Shown: piece by piece, positions 12,901-24,499 of the stretch | How the letters are laid out: each line of letters opens with the position of its first letter | Numbering within the stretch: position 1 is the stretch's first letter | Translations under genes and position numbers: made by a program | Notes under the pieces: generated by a model | The model's input: only the letters and a program-made list of their open reading frames with translations | What the model was told of the DNA's origin: nothing | The model's database searches: none | Assembly: GCF_006345805.1 (NCBI RefSeq) | Contig: NC_043002.1 | Span: 11,594,001-11,658,000 of the forward strand | Reading direction: 5' to 3' | Source: Octopus sinensis | Taxonomy: Eukaryota | DNA: 64,000 bases

Positions 12901-13959
12901 ATATAAACGTGTCCCGTACTCATCAGCTAAAATACATGTGAGTTCTCTAGACTCTAGTGGTTGAGGCTATACCATGAAGTAATGTAGATACTTAAGTAAC
13001 ATAAACAGATTTCCAAAGTTCATTAAAGTTCTTTAAAGATGATGTACAGTCTTATCACAGAATTTTAAAAAGTTCTAATAGCATCACAGAGAAGGTGACC
13101 AATCCATAGAGCACATATGAACTTCCAGAGATATGATGAGGGATTACATACTCACAGAAGACAAATTTATCCATTGTTAATCACAACGAGGTGGGTCTCA
13201 ATTCTGCTTATTGCATTACAGAGAGGGTGAATTATCCTTTGTATAGATGCACAATTTCCAATGGTGTAGATGTAAGTTTCCAGAGAAATGAAGAGGAATT
13301 TCATATTCACAGGTGATAAATTATCAATGGTTGAACACAATGAGGTAGGTATCAATTCTTGTTATATGATTAGGTTTGCCACATTAATCACATTACTGCT
13401 ATTTACAAGAGGCTGTAGCTATTTAACTTTTAAAGGCTGAAGGGCTTTCTAGAGAGGCCAAGAATAGAAAGGGAAGGAATAGAAGAAAAGAGAGAAAATA
13501 AAGGAGGAGGGAGCAAAAAAAGGGGGGGGAGGGGACTAAAGAGAAGAGAAAAGGAAAAGAGAATAAGAAGAAGACACAGAAAAAGAGAAAAGAGAAAGAA
13601 ATAGGGGAAAGAAGGGAAAAAAATAAAAATAAAAAAGGGTTTAGTTATACAGAAGAATTAGTAGACAGCAAGTCTGGTTTTAATTTACAGGCATCTAGGA
13701 ACTAGAGGAGAATATTATTCTATGGCCAGTAAAACAGCTAATTTATGCTGTTGAAATCAGTATGAATTTAAAGAGAATCTAAAGAGATAACACAGTCAGG
13801 GGTTTAGGGGTCAGATGCTTGTATATATATATATATATATACATACTGTGTATATATATATATATATATATACCATCTATATATAATATATATATATATA
13901 TATACATACTGTATATATATATAATATATTTAAATGTATCATTTATACATACATGTATG

Positions 13960-14260
13960 TACATACCTATAGATATATGTATATATGTATATGCATATAT
14001 GTGTATAGGACAAAAAAAAACGTGAACAAAATGAGAAACGAGAACATAAAACATAGAAAATGAACTTTTTTGGGGGAAATACTTCAACTAAAGAGACAAA
14101 TAGTTGTCCCCTGTTTTATCTTCTCCACGTTCGAAGGTAAGGACAAGACGCGACGTCGTTAAAACAGTCTTTCCCGCAAAGCAAATTAAATAAAATTTGG
14201 GATTTTTTTTTTGCGGAGGGTTAAAGTGGTAACAAAACAGGACTGTAAGAACAAAACAGT
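13960..14260. repeat. Interspersed repeat, second copy of the family at 1-230
   Basis: Inverted homology to 1-230. Confidence 0.7.
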
Positions 14261-14358
14261 AAAAAGAAACGGCGAAGGCTGTTAAGCCAAGACGAGATGA
14301 AGTCGTGAACGCTGGGAAGACGAGCTTTGAGAAGAGACAGGCAAAAGTACGTCTTGTC

Positions 14359-14734
14359 GGCGTAATGGCCCAGTGGTTAGAGGAGTGGACTCGCGGTCAT
14401 AGGATCGCGGTTTCAACTTCCAGACCGGGCGTTGTGATTGCTTATTGAGTGAAAACACATAAAGCTCCACGTACTCCGCTAGGGTGAGGTGACGAACCCT
14501 GCTGTATTCTTCCACCACAACTTCCTCTCACTCTTTCTTCCTGTTTCGAGTGTACCTGTATTTCAAAAAGCCAGCCTTGTCGCAGTCTGTGTCACGCTGA
14601 CTCTCTCCGAGAACTACGTTAAGGGTACACGTGTCTGCGGAGTGCTCAGCCACTTGCACGTTAATTTCACGAGCAGGCTGTTCCGTTGATCAGCTCAACT
14701 GGAACCCTCGTTGTCGTAACCGATAGAATGCCAC

Positions 14735-14735
<1 letters not shown>
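14359..14735 (+). mobile_element. tRNA-derived SINE-C
   Basis: A-box TGGCCCAGTGG, B-box-like GGTTTCAACT, body TTAAGGGTACACGTGTCTG...AGCCACTTGCACGTTAATTTC and tail GTCGTAACCGA...TGCCACAACA. Confidence 0.85.
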
Positions 14736-14772
<37 letters not shown>

Positions 14773-15020
14773 ACACACACACACATATGTATACGCACAC
14801 ACACACATGTACATATGTATACGCACTCACACACATACATATACATATGTATACGCACTCACACACACATATATATTGATATATATGCAAATATAAGAAT
14901 GTTGGTCTCCAGAATTAAAATATCCATAGAAAACAATGAACAGAAGTTAGAACTCACCAATTCTAAGTGGGTTCGTAAAATAAGTTATGACAATATTCGA
15001 AGTTTATACGTAGAAAAATA

Positions 15021-15568
15021 CGAGGGTGAGTCAAAAGTAATGCCATTTTGTTTAGGACAGGTATAATTACCAACACAGGAACATGTATCATACATCAAAA
15101 TGAAGCTGGTACTTTGTGGATCACATCCCTACTTCTCAACATAGTCACCGTTTCTCTCAATAGCAATGTTCCACCTTCGAATGAGAGCATGTATCCATGC
15201 CCTATAAAATTCTGTTAACGGTTCTTTGAGCCACTTCTTCACTATAGTTTTCACTTCCTTGTCACTGGAATAATGTTTGCCTCTCAAACCCTCTTTCATG
15301 GGGCCGAAGAGATGATAGTCCAGTGGCGAGGAAATGAAAACTGTTGTGAAGAAGTGGCTCAAAGAACAGTCAACAGAATTTTACAGGGAAGGGATACATG
15401 CTCTCATTTGAAGGTGAAACATTGCTATTGAGAGAAATGGTGGCTATGTTGAGAAGTAGAGATGTGATCCACAGAGGACCAGCTTCATTTTGGTGTATGA
15501 TACATGTTGCTGTGCTGGTAATTATACCTGTCCTAAACAAAATGGCATTACTTTTTGACTCAACCTTG
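15021..15568. mobile_element. Mariner-derived fold-back element (two inverted 3' ends)
   Basis: TA on both sides (15019-20, 15569-70). Arms 15021-15269 and 15319-15568 are reverse complements. The minus strand encodes a mariner C-terminus, DYHLFGPMKEGLRGKHY...RWNIAIERNGDYVEK. Confidence 0.9.
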
Positions 15569-15582
15569 TATGTTATATTTAA

Positions 15583-15801
15583 CCGTTCAGCATTCAGATT
15601 TCTCTGTCAAACGCAATGCTTATTTATTCATATTGTTTTGAATTAATCATGCATTACCTCATAGCTTCAAGATTTCAATAAAGTGATTATTTTTAGAATG
15701 ACATTATAGGATAAGTGTGAAAGGCTAGATGTGGTCAGTTTGAGCATAAAACCTGTAAAATATTTGCGCCAGATGTGGGCGGTTTAAGCGCTGCTAAAGG
15801 G
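15583..15801. mobile_element. piggyBac-like MITE
   Basis: TTAA at 15579-82 and 15802-05; imperfect TIR CCGTTCAGCA / TGCTAAAGGG. Confidence 0.65.
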
Positions 15802-16146
15802 TTAATTGTAAAAAAAATAAATATTTATTTTTGTTCGGGCTAATATATTACAGAATATTTTGTCAATATATGTTTTGGAATAAATTATCATTTAGTTTTG
15901 TAAAATTTAATGAATAAACAAATTAAAAGAAAAGTAAGCTTCTCAGAACAGAACTTAAAATAAATCTTTTGAAATTAAATTAATCTGATTTTTGGCAAAT
16001 TAATTAAAATGCTCGTTCTAAAGTATAATTAGGACATGTAATTATATTTTGAAACAAACAAACAAACCGCTCAAAATTCCAGGTTTTCGATAGAAAAACA
16101 GTTATAAATATAGTTTATTGAATATTTATTGGCAAAATATAATCAG

Positions 16147-16515
16147 CAGGGTGCAGGCATGGTTGTGTGGTGAAAAGAAGTTTGTTTTCCAACCACATGG
16201 TTCCAGGTTCAGTCCTACATCACAGCACCTTGGGGAAAGTGTCATCTATTGTAGACATGGACGGACCAAAGCCAAGCAGACTGAGAGCTCATTGTTTATA
16301 TATATGTGTGTGTCTTTAGGTTCCTCCCCACCGCTTGACAACCGGTGTTGGTGTGTTTACGTTCTCCTATTCTAGCTGTTTGGTAAAAGCCACCGATAGA
16401 TTGAGTACCAGGCTTTAAAAAAACTAAGTACTGGGGCCAATTCATTCAACTAAGTTTCTTCAGGCGGTACCCCAGCATGGCCACACGCAAATGACAAACA
16501 CAATTAAAAGATAAG
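16147..16515 (+). mobile_element. Decayed SINE-B
   Basis: Head GCAGGCATGGTTGTGTGG...CCAACCACATGGTTCCAGGTTCAGTCC; tail GGCGGTACCCCAGCATGGCCAC. Confidence 0.75.
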
Positions 16516-16519
16516 ATCA

Positions 16520-16780
16520 CGATTATTATTTCTCTTCAGCTGAAGATCCTACATTGTCCAGTGGAATGGATGGTAAGCTTCGTCCATCGGGTTCAATCAG
16601 CTGCTAGTCTTGCACATCCATTCCTTGTAACGTCGATGACTTTCAGGCCATCTTGTAATGTCCACTGCCAAGAATCTTCGGCCTGCCCTTTTTTCGTCTG
16701 CCGTCAGGTGGCACCCAAATCGCTATCGTTGTTAACGAGTGCTGTCGGTCATACGGTTATATGTGACATAAATTGAAACC
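16520..16780 (-). mobile_element. RTE-type LINE 3' end (left copy)
   Basis: Reverse complement of 17140-17390. Confidence 0.7.
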
Positions 16781-16789
16781 ACTTTCTTT

Positions 16790-17600
16790 TATTCTTTTAT
16801 TTGTTACAGTCATTAGACTGCGGTCATGCTGGGGCACCGCCTCGAAGAATTATAGTTGAATGAATCGACCCCAATGCATTTTTTGCCGAACCGCTAAATT
16901 ACGGGGACGTAAACACACCAGCACCGGTTGTCAAGAGATGGACAAACACACACACACACACACACACCACACACACACGCACGTGCACACACAGACGGTG
17001 GGCTTCTTTCAGTTTCCGTCTACTAAATCCACTCACAAGGCTTTGGTCGACCCGAGGCGATAGTTGAAGACACTTGCCCAAGGTGACACCCAGTCTAATG
17101 ACTGAAACAAATAAAAGAATAAAAGAAAGTGATTTCAATTTATGTCACGTATAACCGTATGACCAACAGCACTCGTTAACAACGATAGCGATTTGGGTGC
17201 CACCTGACGGCAGACGCAAAACGGACAGGCCGAAGATTCTTGGCAGTGGACGTTACAAGATGGCCTGAAAGTCATCGACGTTACAAGGAATGGATGCGCA
17301 AGACTAGAAGCTGATCGAACCCGGTGGACTAAGCTTACCGTCCATTTCACTGGACAGCGTAGGATCTTCAGCTGAAGAGAAATAATAATCGTGATCTTAT
17401 CTTTTAATTGTTTTTGTCATTTGACTGTGGCCATGCTGGAGCACAACCTTGAAGAAATTTAGTTGAATGACTTGGCCCCAGTACTTATTATTTTTTAAGC
17501 CTGGTACTCAATCTATCGGTGGATTTTTTGCCCAAGGTGACACCAAATGGAACTAAACCTGGAACCATGTGGTTGGGAAGACAGCTTTTTACGTTACAGC
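16790..17600 (-). mobile_element. SINE-B interrupted by an inverted ~436-bp duplication
   Basis: Tail and body at 16790-17090; the head resumes at 17528-17600; TTGCCCAAGGTGACACC is repeated at 17074-17090 and 17528-17544. Confidence 0.8.
17140..17390 (+). mobile_element. RTE-type LINE 3' end (inverted duplicate)
   Basis: WVPPDGRRK, TLQDGLKVID and ADRTRWTKL (frameshifted), then a stop and an AATAATAAT tail. Confidence 0.7.
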
Positions 17601-17884
17601 CACTTCCCTGCCTATACAGCCACATCACCTTTTTTCCGCTACTCTTGGTTCCAAAGTCTTGAAAGATTAGTAATTTTGCTAGACCATCCGAGGTCACTTA
17701 ATAATAATTCCTCAACACAACTCTTACTCATATTATTTGTAACTGAGTTCAAATTCCACCGAGGTCGACTTTTCCTTTCATTGTTTCGGAGTCGATGAAG
17801 TAAGTACCAGTTATGCACTGGGGTTTGATGTAATCCACTATCTGCCTCTCCCAAAATTTCAAGCCTTGTGTTTATAGTAGAAAG

Positions 17885-18090
17885 GGCCGCCGTGCCGGTG
17901 GCACATAAAAAGCACCCACTACACTCTCGGAGTGGTTGGCGTTAGGAAGGGCATCCAGCTGTAGAAACACTGCCAAATCAAGATTGGAGTCTGGTGCAGC
18001 CATCTGGTTCGCCAGCCCTCAGTCAAAATCGTCTAACCCATGCTAGCATGGAAAGCGGACGTGAAACGGTGATGATGAACGATGATGATG
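17885..18090 (+). mobile_element. SINE or non-autonomous retroelement 3' part with RTE-type tail
   Basis: GGTTGGCGTTAGGAAGGGCATCCAGCTGTAGAAAC...GCATGGAAAGCGGACG...(GAT)n tail. Confidence 0.5.
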
Positions 18091-18094
18091 TAGT

Positions 18095-18287
18095 AAGGCG
18101 ACGAGCTGGCAGAATCGTTAGCACGACGGGCGAATTGCTTAGTGGTGTTTCGCCCGTCGCTACGTTCTGAGATCAAATTCCTCCGAAGTCAATTTTAGCC
18201 TTTCATCCTTTCGCGGTCGATAAATTAAGTACCAGTCGAATACTCGGGTCGATGAAATCGACTTAACCCCTCCCCTCAAATTTCAGA
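18095..18287 (+). mobile_element. SINE-A, short variant
   Basis: Head AAGGCGACGAGCTGGCAGAATC and core GCCTTTCATCCTTTCGCGGTCGATAAATTAAGTACC. Confidence 0.8.
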
Positions 18288-18299
18288 GTTATTACTATT

Positions 18300-18965
18300 T
18301 GTACTCAGTGGTCACGATTATGACTCTTCATGGCTTCGATGTGACTTGATAAGTTTACTGGGCGGTTTTTCGCTTCAGTTTGCCATTTATTAGGATCGAT
18401 TCCTGGATCTTTTCGGTTTGACCGGCAGTTTTTAACATAATTTCTAGGTAACTACAAAATTTTAAACTTCGTATACTGGTAGAATGTGTTTATAAAACAT
18501 CTTTTTCTCTTGGCTTTATTGAGAAAATTCTATAGTTTGTAAGATATTTGTTGTTTTTTTTCCTTCAATTTCTGCAATTTCAACCAATCAGTGACGTCTA
18601 TTGAGTTAAAAAGCATTCTGTGCCGTATGAATATGTCCCTCGTTTAAGAAACAGATTGGGTCTATTTACATTTCTGAAGAAAAAAAGATACATTCCCCCA
18701 CCCCTAACCCTAACCCTAAAAGAGAGTGAAATGCAATAGATCGATTCTAGGGTCATAATTATGGGTGACAATTTCATATGACACCGCAAGAAAAAACTGC
18801 CGTTCAAACCGAAAAGATCCTCGATTCCTTTCCAATTCATATTCCTTTTTGCAATCTTTGAATTTCATTCTAGGTCTTCCATGATTTCTTTTCCCCTTGC
18901 ACAGCTGGAGTAAAGGAATTGTCTGAGGAGTCCGATGTTGTTCATCATGTGTACGTGTCCCAACC
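18300..18965 (-). mobile_element. RTE C-terminal fossil split by a MITE
   Basis: GKRNHGRPRMKFKDC lies right of the MITE and continues as GIDPNKWQTEAKNR on the left side. Confidence 0.55.
18405..18820. mobile_element. MITE with GG termini, 9-bp TSD (Merlin- or MULE-like)
   Basis: TIR GGATCTTTTCGGTTTGA(C/A)CGGCAGTTTT; TSD TCGATTCCT at 18396-18404 and 18821-18829; internal CCCTAACCCTAACCCTAA. Confidence 0.85.
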
Positions 18966-19168
18966 AACACACCTCTAACCTATTCATTATTCACCTCCAC
19001 CTTATGTCTATGGTACCATAAACTGTTAGAAAGTCCAATTAATTAAAAACCAGGTATTATATTTAAATGTAATAAACGAAATTAAGGTAGTTGTGAATTA
19101 CATTAGTAGATTCATTCATTAGTGTACTTAGAAAGAATGGGACAGCATTTAATGGATGAACTTATACC

Positions 19169-19953
19169 TGTTTCCTTATTACCCACAAGGGGCTAAACAC
19201 AGAGGGGACAAACAAGAACAGACAAATGGGTCAAGTCGATTACATCGACCCCAGTGCGTTATTGGTACTTATTTAATCGACCCCGAAAGGATGAAAGGCA
19301 AAGTCGACCTCGACGGAATTTGAACTCAGAACGTAACAGCAGACAAAATACCTATTTCTTTACTACCCACAAGGGGCTAAACACAGAGAGGACAAACAAG
19401 GACAGACACACGGATTAAGTCGAATATATCGACTCCAGTGCGTAACTGGTACTTAATTTATCGACCCCGAAAGGATAAAAGGCAAAGTCGACCTCTGCGA
19501 AATTTAAACTCGGAACGTAATGACAGAAGAAATACCTATTTCTTTACTACCCACAAGGGGCTAAACACAGAGGGGACAAACAAGGACAGGCATAGGCATT
19601 AAGTCGATTACATCGACCCCAGTGCGTAACTGGTGCTTAATTTATCGACCCCGAAAAGATGAAAGGTAAAGTCGACCTCGGCGGAATTTGAACTCAGAAC
19701 GTAACAGCAGACAAAATACCTATTTCTTTATTAACCACAAGGGGCTAAACATAGAGGAGACAAACATGGACAGACATAGGTATTAAGTCGATTATATCGA
19801 CCCCAGTGCTTAACTGGTACTTAATTTATCGACCCCGAAAGGATGAAAGGCAAAGTCGACCTCGGCGGAATTTGAACTCAAACGTAACGGCAGCCGAAAT
19901 ACCGCTAAGCATTTCGCCCGACGTGCAAACGATTCTGCTAGCTCGCCGCCTTG
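19169..19953 (-). mobile_element. SINE-A tetramer (one head plus four 184-bp units) with 19-bp TSD
   Basis: The (C/A)CCACAAGG anchor occurs at 19182, 19366, 19550 and 19734; TSD TAATGGATGAACTTATACC at 19150-19168 and 19954-19972. Confidence 0.9.
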
Positions 19954-20529
19954 TAATGGATGAACTTATACCAAATAAGTTATCACGCAACTTATTTCTT
20001 GAAACATCACCGTCCGTTTTTGCCAACAGTTCTGCATTATCGTGGATCAATATGGATTGAAGATTCTAGTTTGAAACGAAACGCCAGCATTGTTTGAAAA
20101 TGAATTTTTGTTGAATATAATAAAATACTCCCTTCAAATAATAATAGGTTTTTGTTTTTTGGCGTTGTTGACTTTCAGAGATACCAAATTGTTTTCATTT
20201 TGTTTCTTGGAGAAGGTTCATTATTGGCAACATTGCTCCTAATTCTAATAACTTTTCTCTTTCATTGAAAGCAATGAGCTTCTAGTTGTATTAGGGTTTT
20301 AGACAAAATTCTTGTAATCTTTAATCTTGCCTTCACGTTTCGATTTCAGTTCCCACCGTGGCCGTTTTGCTTTTTATGCTTCTGGGGTCGACAAAACAAC
20401 GTAACAGTCAGTTCCAGGGTCGCTGGTATCAGCTTCTCCCTCCGTTAAAATTGTCCTTAAGTTCAAGTTAGAAACCTTTATTATTTGCTGTACTTTTGCT
20501 TTTTTCGATTGACAATATGGATTTCAAAT

Positions 20530-21312
20530 TTTGGCACAAGGCCAGCAATTTTGAAGATGAGGTAATTCGATTACATCGACTCTTGTGTTCAACTGGTACT
20601 TAATTTATCGACCCTGAGAGAATGAAAAGCAAAGTCGATCTCGGGTGAAATGCTGCAATCATTTTGCCCGGCCTGCTAGCGATTCTTTTCTACTCTGGGC
20701 ACAAAGCCCGAAATTTGGGGGAGGGGGATAGTCGATTTCATCGATCCCAGTGCGTAACTGGTACTTAATTTATCGACACCGAAAGGATGAAAGGCAAAAT
20801 CGACCTCGGAGGAATTTGACCGCAGAACGTGAAGACAGACGAAATACCTATTTCTTTATTGCCCACAAGGGGGCTAAACATAGAGGGGACAAACAAGGTC
20901 AGACAAACGGATTAAGTCGATTACATCAACCCCAGTGCGTAGCTGGTACTTATTTAATCGATCCCGAAATGATGAAAGGCAAAGTCGACCTCGGCGGAAT
21001 TTGAACTTAGAACGTAGCGGCAGACGAAATACCGCTAAGCATTTCGCCCGGTTTGCTAACGTTTCGGGCAGCTTGCCGCCTTTCAATTAAAAATATTCTT
21101 TTTTACTCTAGGCACAAGGGCCTGAAATTTTGGGAGAGGTGACCAGTCGATGAGATCGACCATAGTACCCAACTGGTACTTAATTTATCGAACCCGAAAG
21201 GATGAAAGGCAAAGTCGACTTCGGCGGAATTTGAACTCAGAACGTAAAGACAGACGAAATACAGCTAAGCATTTCGCCCGGCTTGCTAACGTTTCGGCCA
21301 GCTTGCCGCCTT
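20530..21312 (-). mobile_element. Cluster of SINE-A copies (decayed, ~1.6-unit and short variant)
   Basis: Repeated GAAAGGATGAAAGGCAAAGTCGAC cores; heads ending ...GCTTGCCGCC at ~21080 and ~21310. Confidence 0.8.
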
Positions 21313-21789
21313 TTAATTAAAAGTATTACTGCTAATTTTAATGATACATGCAAAAATTTTAATAATTACTCCACTTTTGAAGTTAAAAGTAATTTATGAA
21401 ACGGAATTTCTAAGTGTCACTTGTATCAACTCAAATTATGTTGGTGAAACATTTTTCAAAAAATATAGATTCCCCTTTTTACTGGGTTCTTAATAAACCC
21501 GTTCTTTGTCTAAAAACCAAGAATAAATTTATTAAGAAAGCTGATAGTATGAGCTGAGATACAGATGGTGGTAAATGATCTTACAAGAAGGCACACCACC
21601 ACCACCAAATAGAATAGAAACATCTCTGGATTAGGATGGTTTGAAATCTAAGTTTTTACGCAAGAATGTCAAACGTGTTCGTCGATGTTTTGGCATACGT
21701 CCCCTGCTACTGGCAGCCGAATGGCAAAATTATCAGTTCTATGCACCAGAGAGCAGCAGCGCTGCTGAAGTAGGACTTGAACAACAGGA

Positions 21790-22300
21790 ATATAATTGAT
21801 AATATCAGAATCATAAGATTACAGAATGCAGAGCTTAAGATTTTTGCCTAGTTGTTAGCCAAAGGGTTTGATATATGTCAACATTAGTATCTGCAGGTAA
21901 GCGAAGATGTGTTGCGATCCCATAAGAATCTACCCACGATGATCGTCACTTCATACGATAATGGCAGAGAGGGAAGGTAAAAAAATTTGGATTTGGGTCT
22001 TTGAACAATTTTGATCAACAGTAAGCTTTTGATAAGATCGATTATCGTTACTTAGCAGCCTGTTTCGGCCGCGTTTTCGGAAGCTGGATTTTTGAATCTG
22101 CTCTATAGTATCAGACCAAATGGTCACATACTGGGACGGTTCGAATTTCAAATCAGCTACACCAAAGATCCCTACGCTCATCTCTTCTGTATGACCTGAG
22201 TATTGGTGGTGTTGAGATGAATCTCTTTTACACACGGATGTGGTGGAGCCATGTCCTGCATATACAGACGACATGGCTGTAATATTGTCGGACACCATGA
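21790..22300 (+). pseudogene. Heavily decayed L1/Tx1-type reverse transcriptase fossil
   Basis: In-order degenerate motifs: IRLQNAELKIFA*LLAKG (~21813), DQQ*AFDKIDYRYL (~22010-22055), FG...WIF and AYTDDMAV (22258-22281). Confidence 0.6.
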
Positions 22301-22387
22301 AAGTCAAGGTCGTCCATAGCTTTCTAACGGAATACTAATAGATGGCAGGAGCGAAGATATATACGTATTTATGTTTAAAAAATATAT

Positions 22388-22800
22388 ATTCTTTTACTCT
22401 TTTACTTGTTTCAGTCATTTGACTGCGGCCATGCTGGAGCACCGCCTTTAATCGAGCAACTCGACCCCGGAACTTATTCTTTTGTAAGCCCAGTACTTAT
22501 TCTATCGGTCTCTTTTGCCGAACTGCTAAGTAACGGGGACATAAACACACCAGCATCGGTTGTCAAGCAATGCTAGGGAGACAAGCACAGACACACAAAC
22601 ACACACATATATATATATATACTTACATATATACGACAGGCTTCTTTCAGTTTCCGTCTACCAAATCCACTCACAAGGCTTTGGTCGACCCGAGGCTATA
22701 GCAGAAGACACTTGCCCAAGATGCCACGCAGTGGGACTGAACCCGGAACCATGTGGTTGGTTAGCAAGCTACTTACCACACAGCCACTCCTGCGCCTATA
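22388..22800 (-). mobile_element. SINE-B, full length
   Basis: Head GGCGCAGGAGTGGCTGTGTGG, B-box GGTTCAGTCC, internal (TA)(TG) tract and tail GGCGGTGCTCCAGCATGGCCGCAGTCAAATGACTGAAAC. Confidence 0.9.
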
Positions 22801-23269
22801 TATGTTGACAATTGCTGAAGTGTTAGTAGTGTGTTCTTCATGTTCAACAGAGGGTAGGTGCGATAATATTTTCCTGATCTATGCAGTGATTGTAATTTTT
22901 TTTTCTCTGGATACCGATTAATATGATAGAAGTCATCCAATATTTTTATCAAAAGATATATAACATGTATAAATAATATCTATATAAAACTATAGTATCC
23001 GATATTTAACACGGCTCTTGATCGATATTTTATTGTCTCTCCTATCAATACTCTCATCTTTTAAATAATTTCGTTCATGTAACATATATATATATTTTCC
23101 CCAAATCTTTTAAATTGTTTAATCGTAAGAGAAGGGTTAGTGCCCATAATCTTTTGAAATGTTTGTTGCGGAGAAATATGGAGGGGCAAGCTGGGGGAAT
23201 CTCTACACTTCGTAGATGGAAGATTTAATACGCCCCGCTGTTTTACAACAGGACTCTGTTGCAAGTTTG

Positions 23270-24030
23270 ATACAGGGTCAGTAAGTTCATGGGGAAGAGG
23301 GAGAGTTGACCTCAGTGCTCAGCTGGTACTTATTTTATCGACCTCGAAAGGATGAAAAGCAAAGTCGACCTCGGTGGCATTCGAACTAAAGACGTAAAGA
23401 CAGGCGAAATGCCGCTAAACATTTCGCCCGGTTTGCTAACGATTCAGCCATTTCGCCGTCTTATATTGTTTATCTATAAACAATATAAGGGAGTAAGTCG
23501 ATTACAGCGACCCCAGTGTTCAACTGATACTTATTTTATCGACCCCGAAAGGACGAAAGGCAAAGGCGACCTCGATGAAATTTGAACTCAAAGCACGAAG
23601 ACGGACAAAATGCCGCTAAGCATTTTGCCCGGCGAGCCAACGATTCTTATTTCTTTATTGCCCACAGGGGGCTAAACATAGAGGGGACAAACAAGGAAAG
23701 ACAAATGGATTAAGTCGATTACATCGACCCAGTGTGTAACTGGTACTTAATTTATCGACCCCGAAAGGATGAAAAGCAAAATCGACCTCGGTGGAATTTG
23801 AACTCAGAACGTAGCAGCAAACGAAATACCTATTTCTTTACTGCTCACAAGGGGCTAAACGCAGAGAGGACAAACAAGGACAGACAAACGGATTAAGTTG
23901 ATTACATCAACCCCAGTGCGTAACTGGTACTTATTTAATCGACCCCGGCGGAATTTGAACTCATAGCTTAAAGACAGACGAAATGCCGCTAAGCATTTTG
24001 CCCAGCGTGCTAACGACTCTGCCATCTCGT
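23270..24030 (-). mobile_element. Cluster of SINE-A copies and multimer pieces
   Basis: Several core copies and heads (GCTAAGCATTTTGCCC) on the minus strand. Confidence 0.8.
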
Positions 24031-24499
24031 CACCTTTTCTTTTGCAAATATTAAAGTTAGTTTTCCAGTTCAAAGAATACTTCTGTATCCCCATTTTCGT
24101 ATCCCCAATCTTGCAGTCCCTGAAAAACTGCTTAGGCGCTGCCTGACGTCCTTTTAATGAGCCACAAATAAAACCCACCAAATAACACCAATACCGATGA
24201 AGGTATTATTGCTGTTTAGCTTCAGATCATTCTATTGCTAAAGAATTGAAGATGTTCCAGCCATGACTGTCACAAAAAATTGCGATATTATATCAAAGGA
24301 AACGTTACCTCTGTTTTAAAACTGCAGGGTTGATTTGAGGTAGTTGTGACTGATAGTTTTAGCACGACAGCTTACCATATTAAGAACCCCTTCTTCGGTG
24401 GTTTTCACTTAATACCTTGTGAGGATCACGTACATAGCTTCAGTTGAGATTGAACTTTTGGCTATTAGTTTACGTTCTATATTACCTTTATTCCATAAT

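Noticed and set aside
12900-12930. Minus-strand CTGATGAGTAC hammerhead-like start
   Set aside because: No stem II or GAAA follows.
14359-14430. tRNA genes at SINE heads (also 39493, 41553, 61714)
   Set aside because: A and B boxes are present, but there is no complete cloverleaf and each continues into a SINE body.
19169-19953. CRISPR-like regular repeat array
   Set aside because: The whole 184-bp unit is repeated with no unique spacers, it is SINE-derived, and there are no cas genes in this eukaryotic context.
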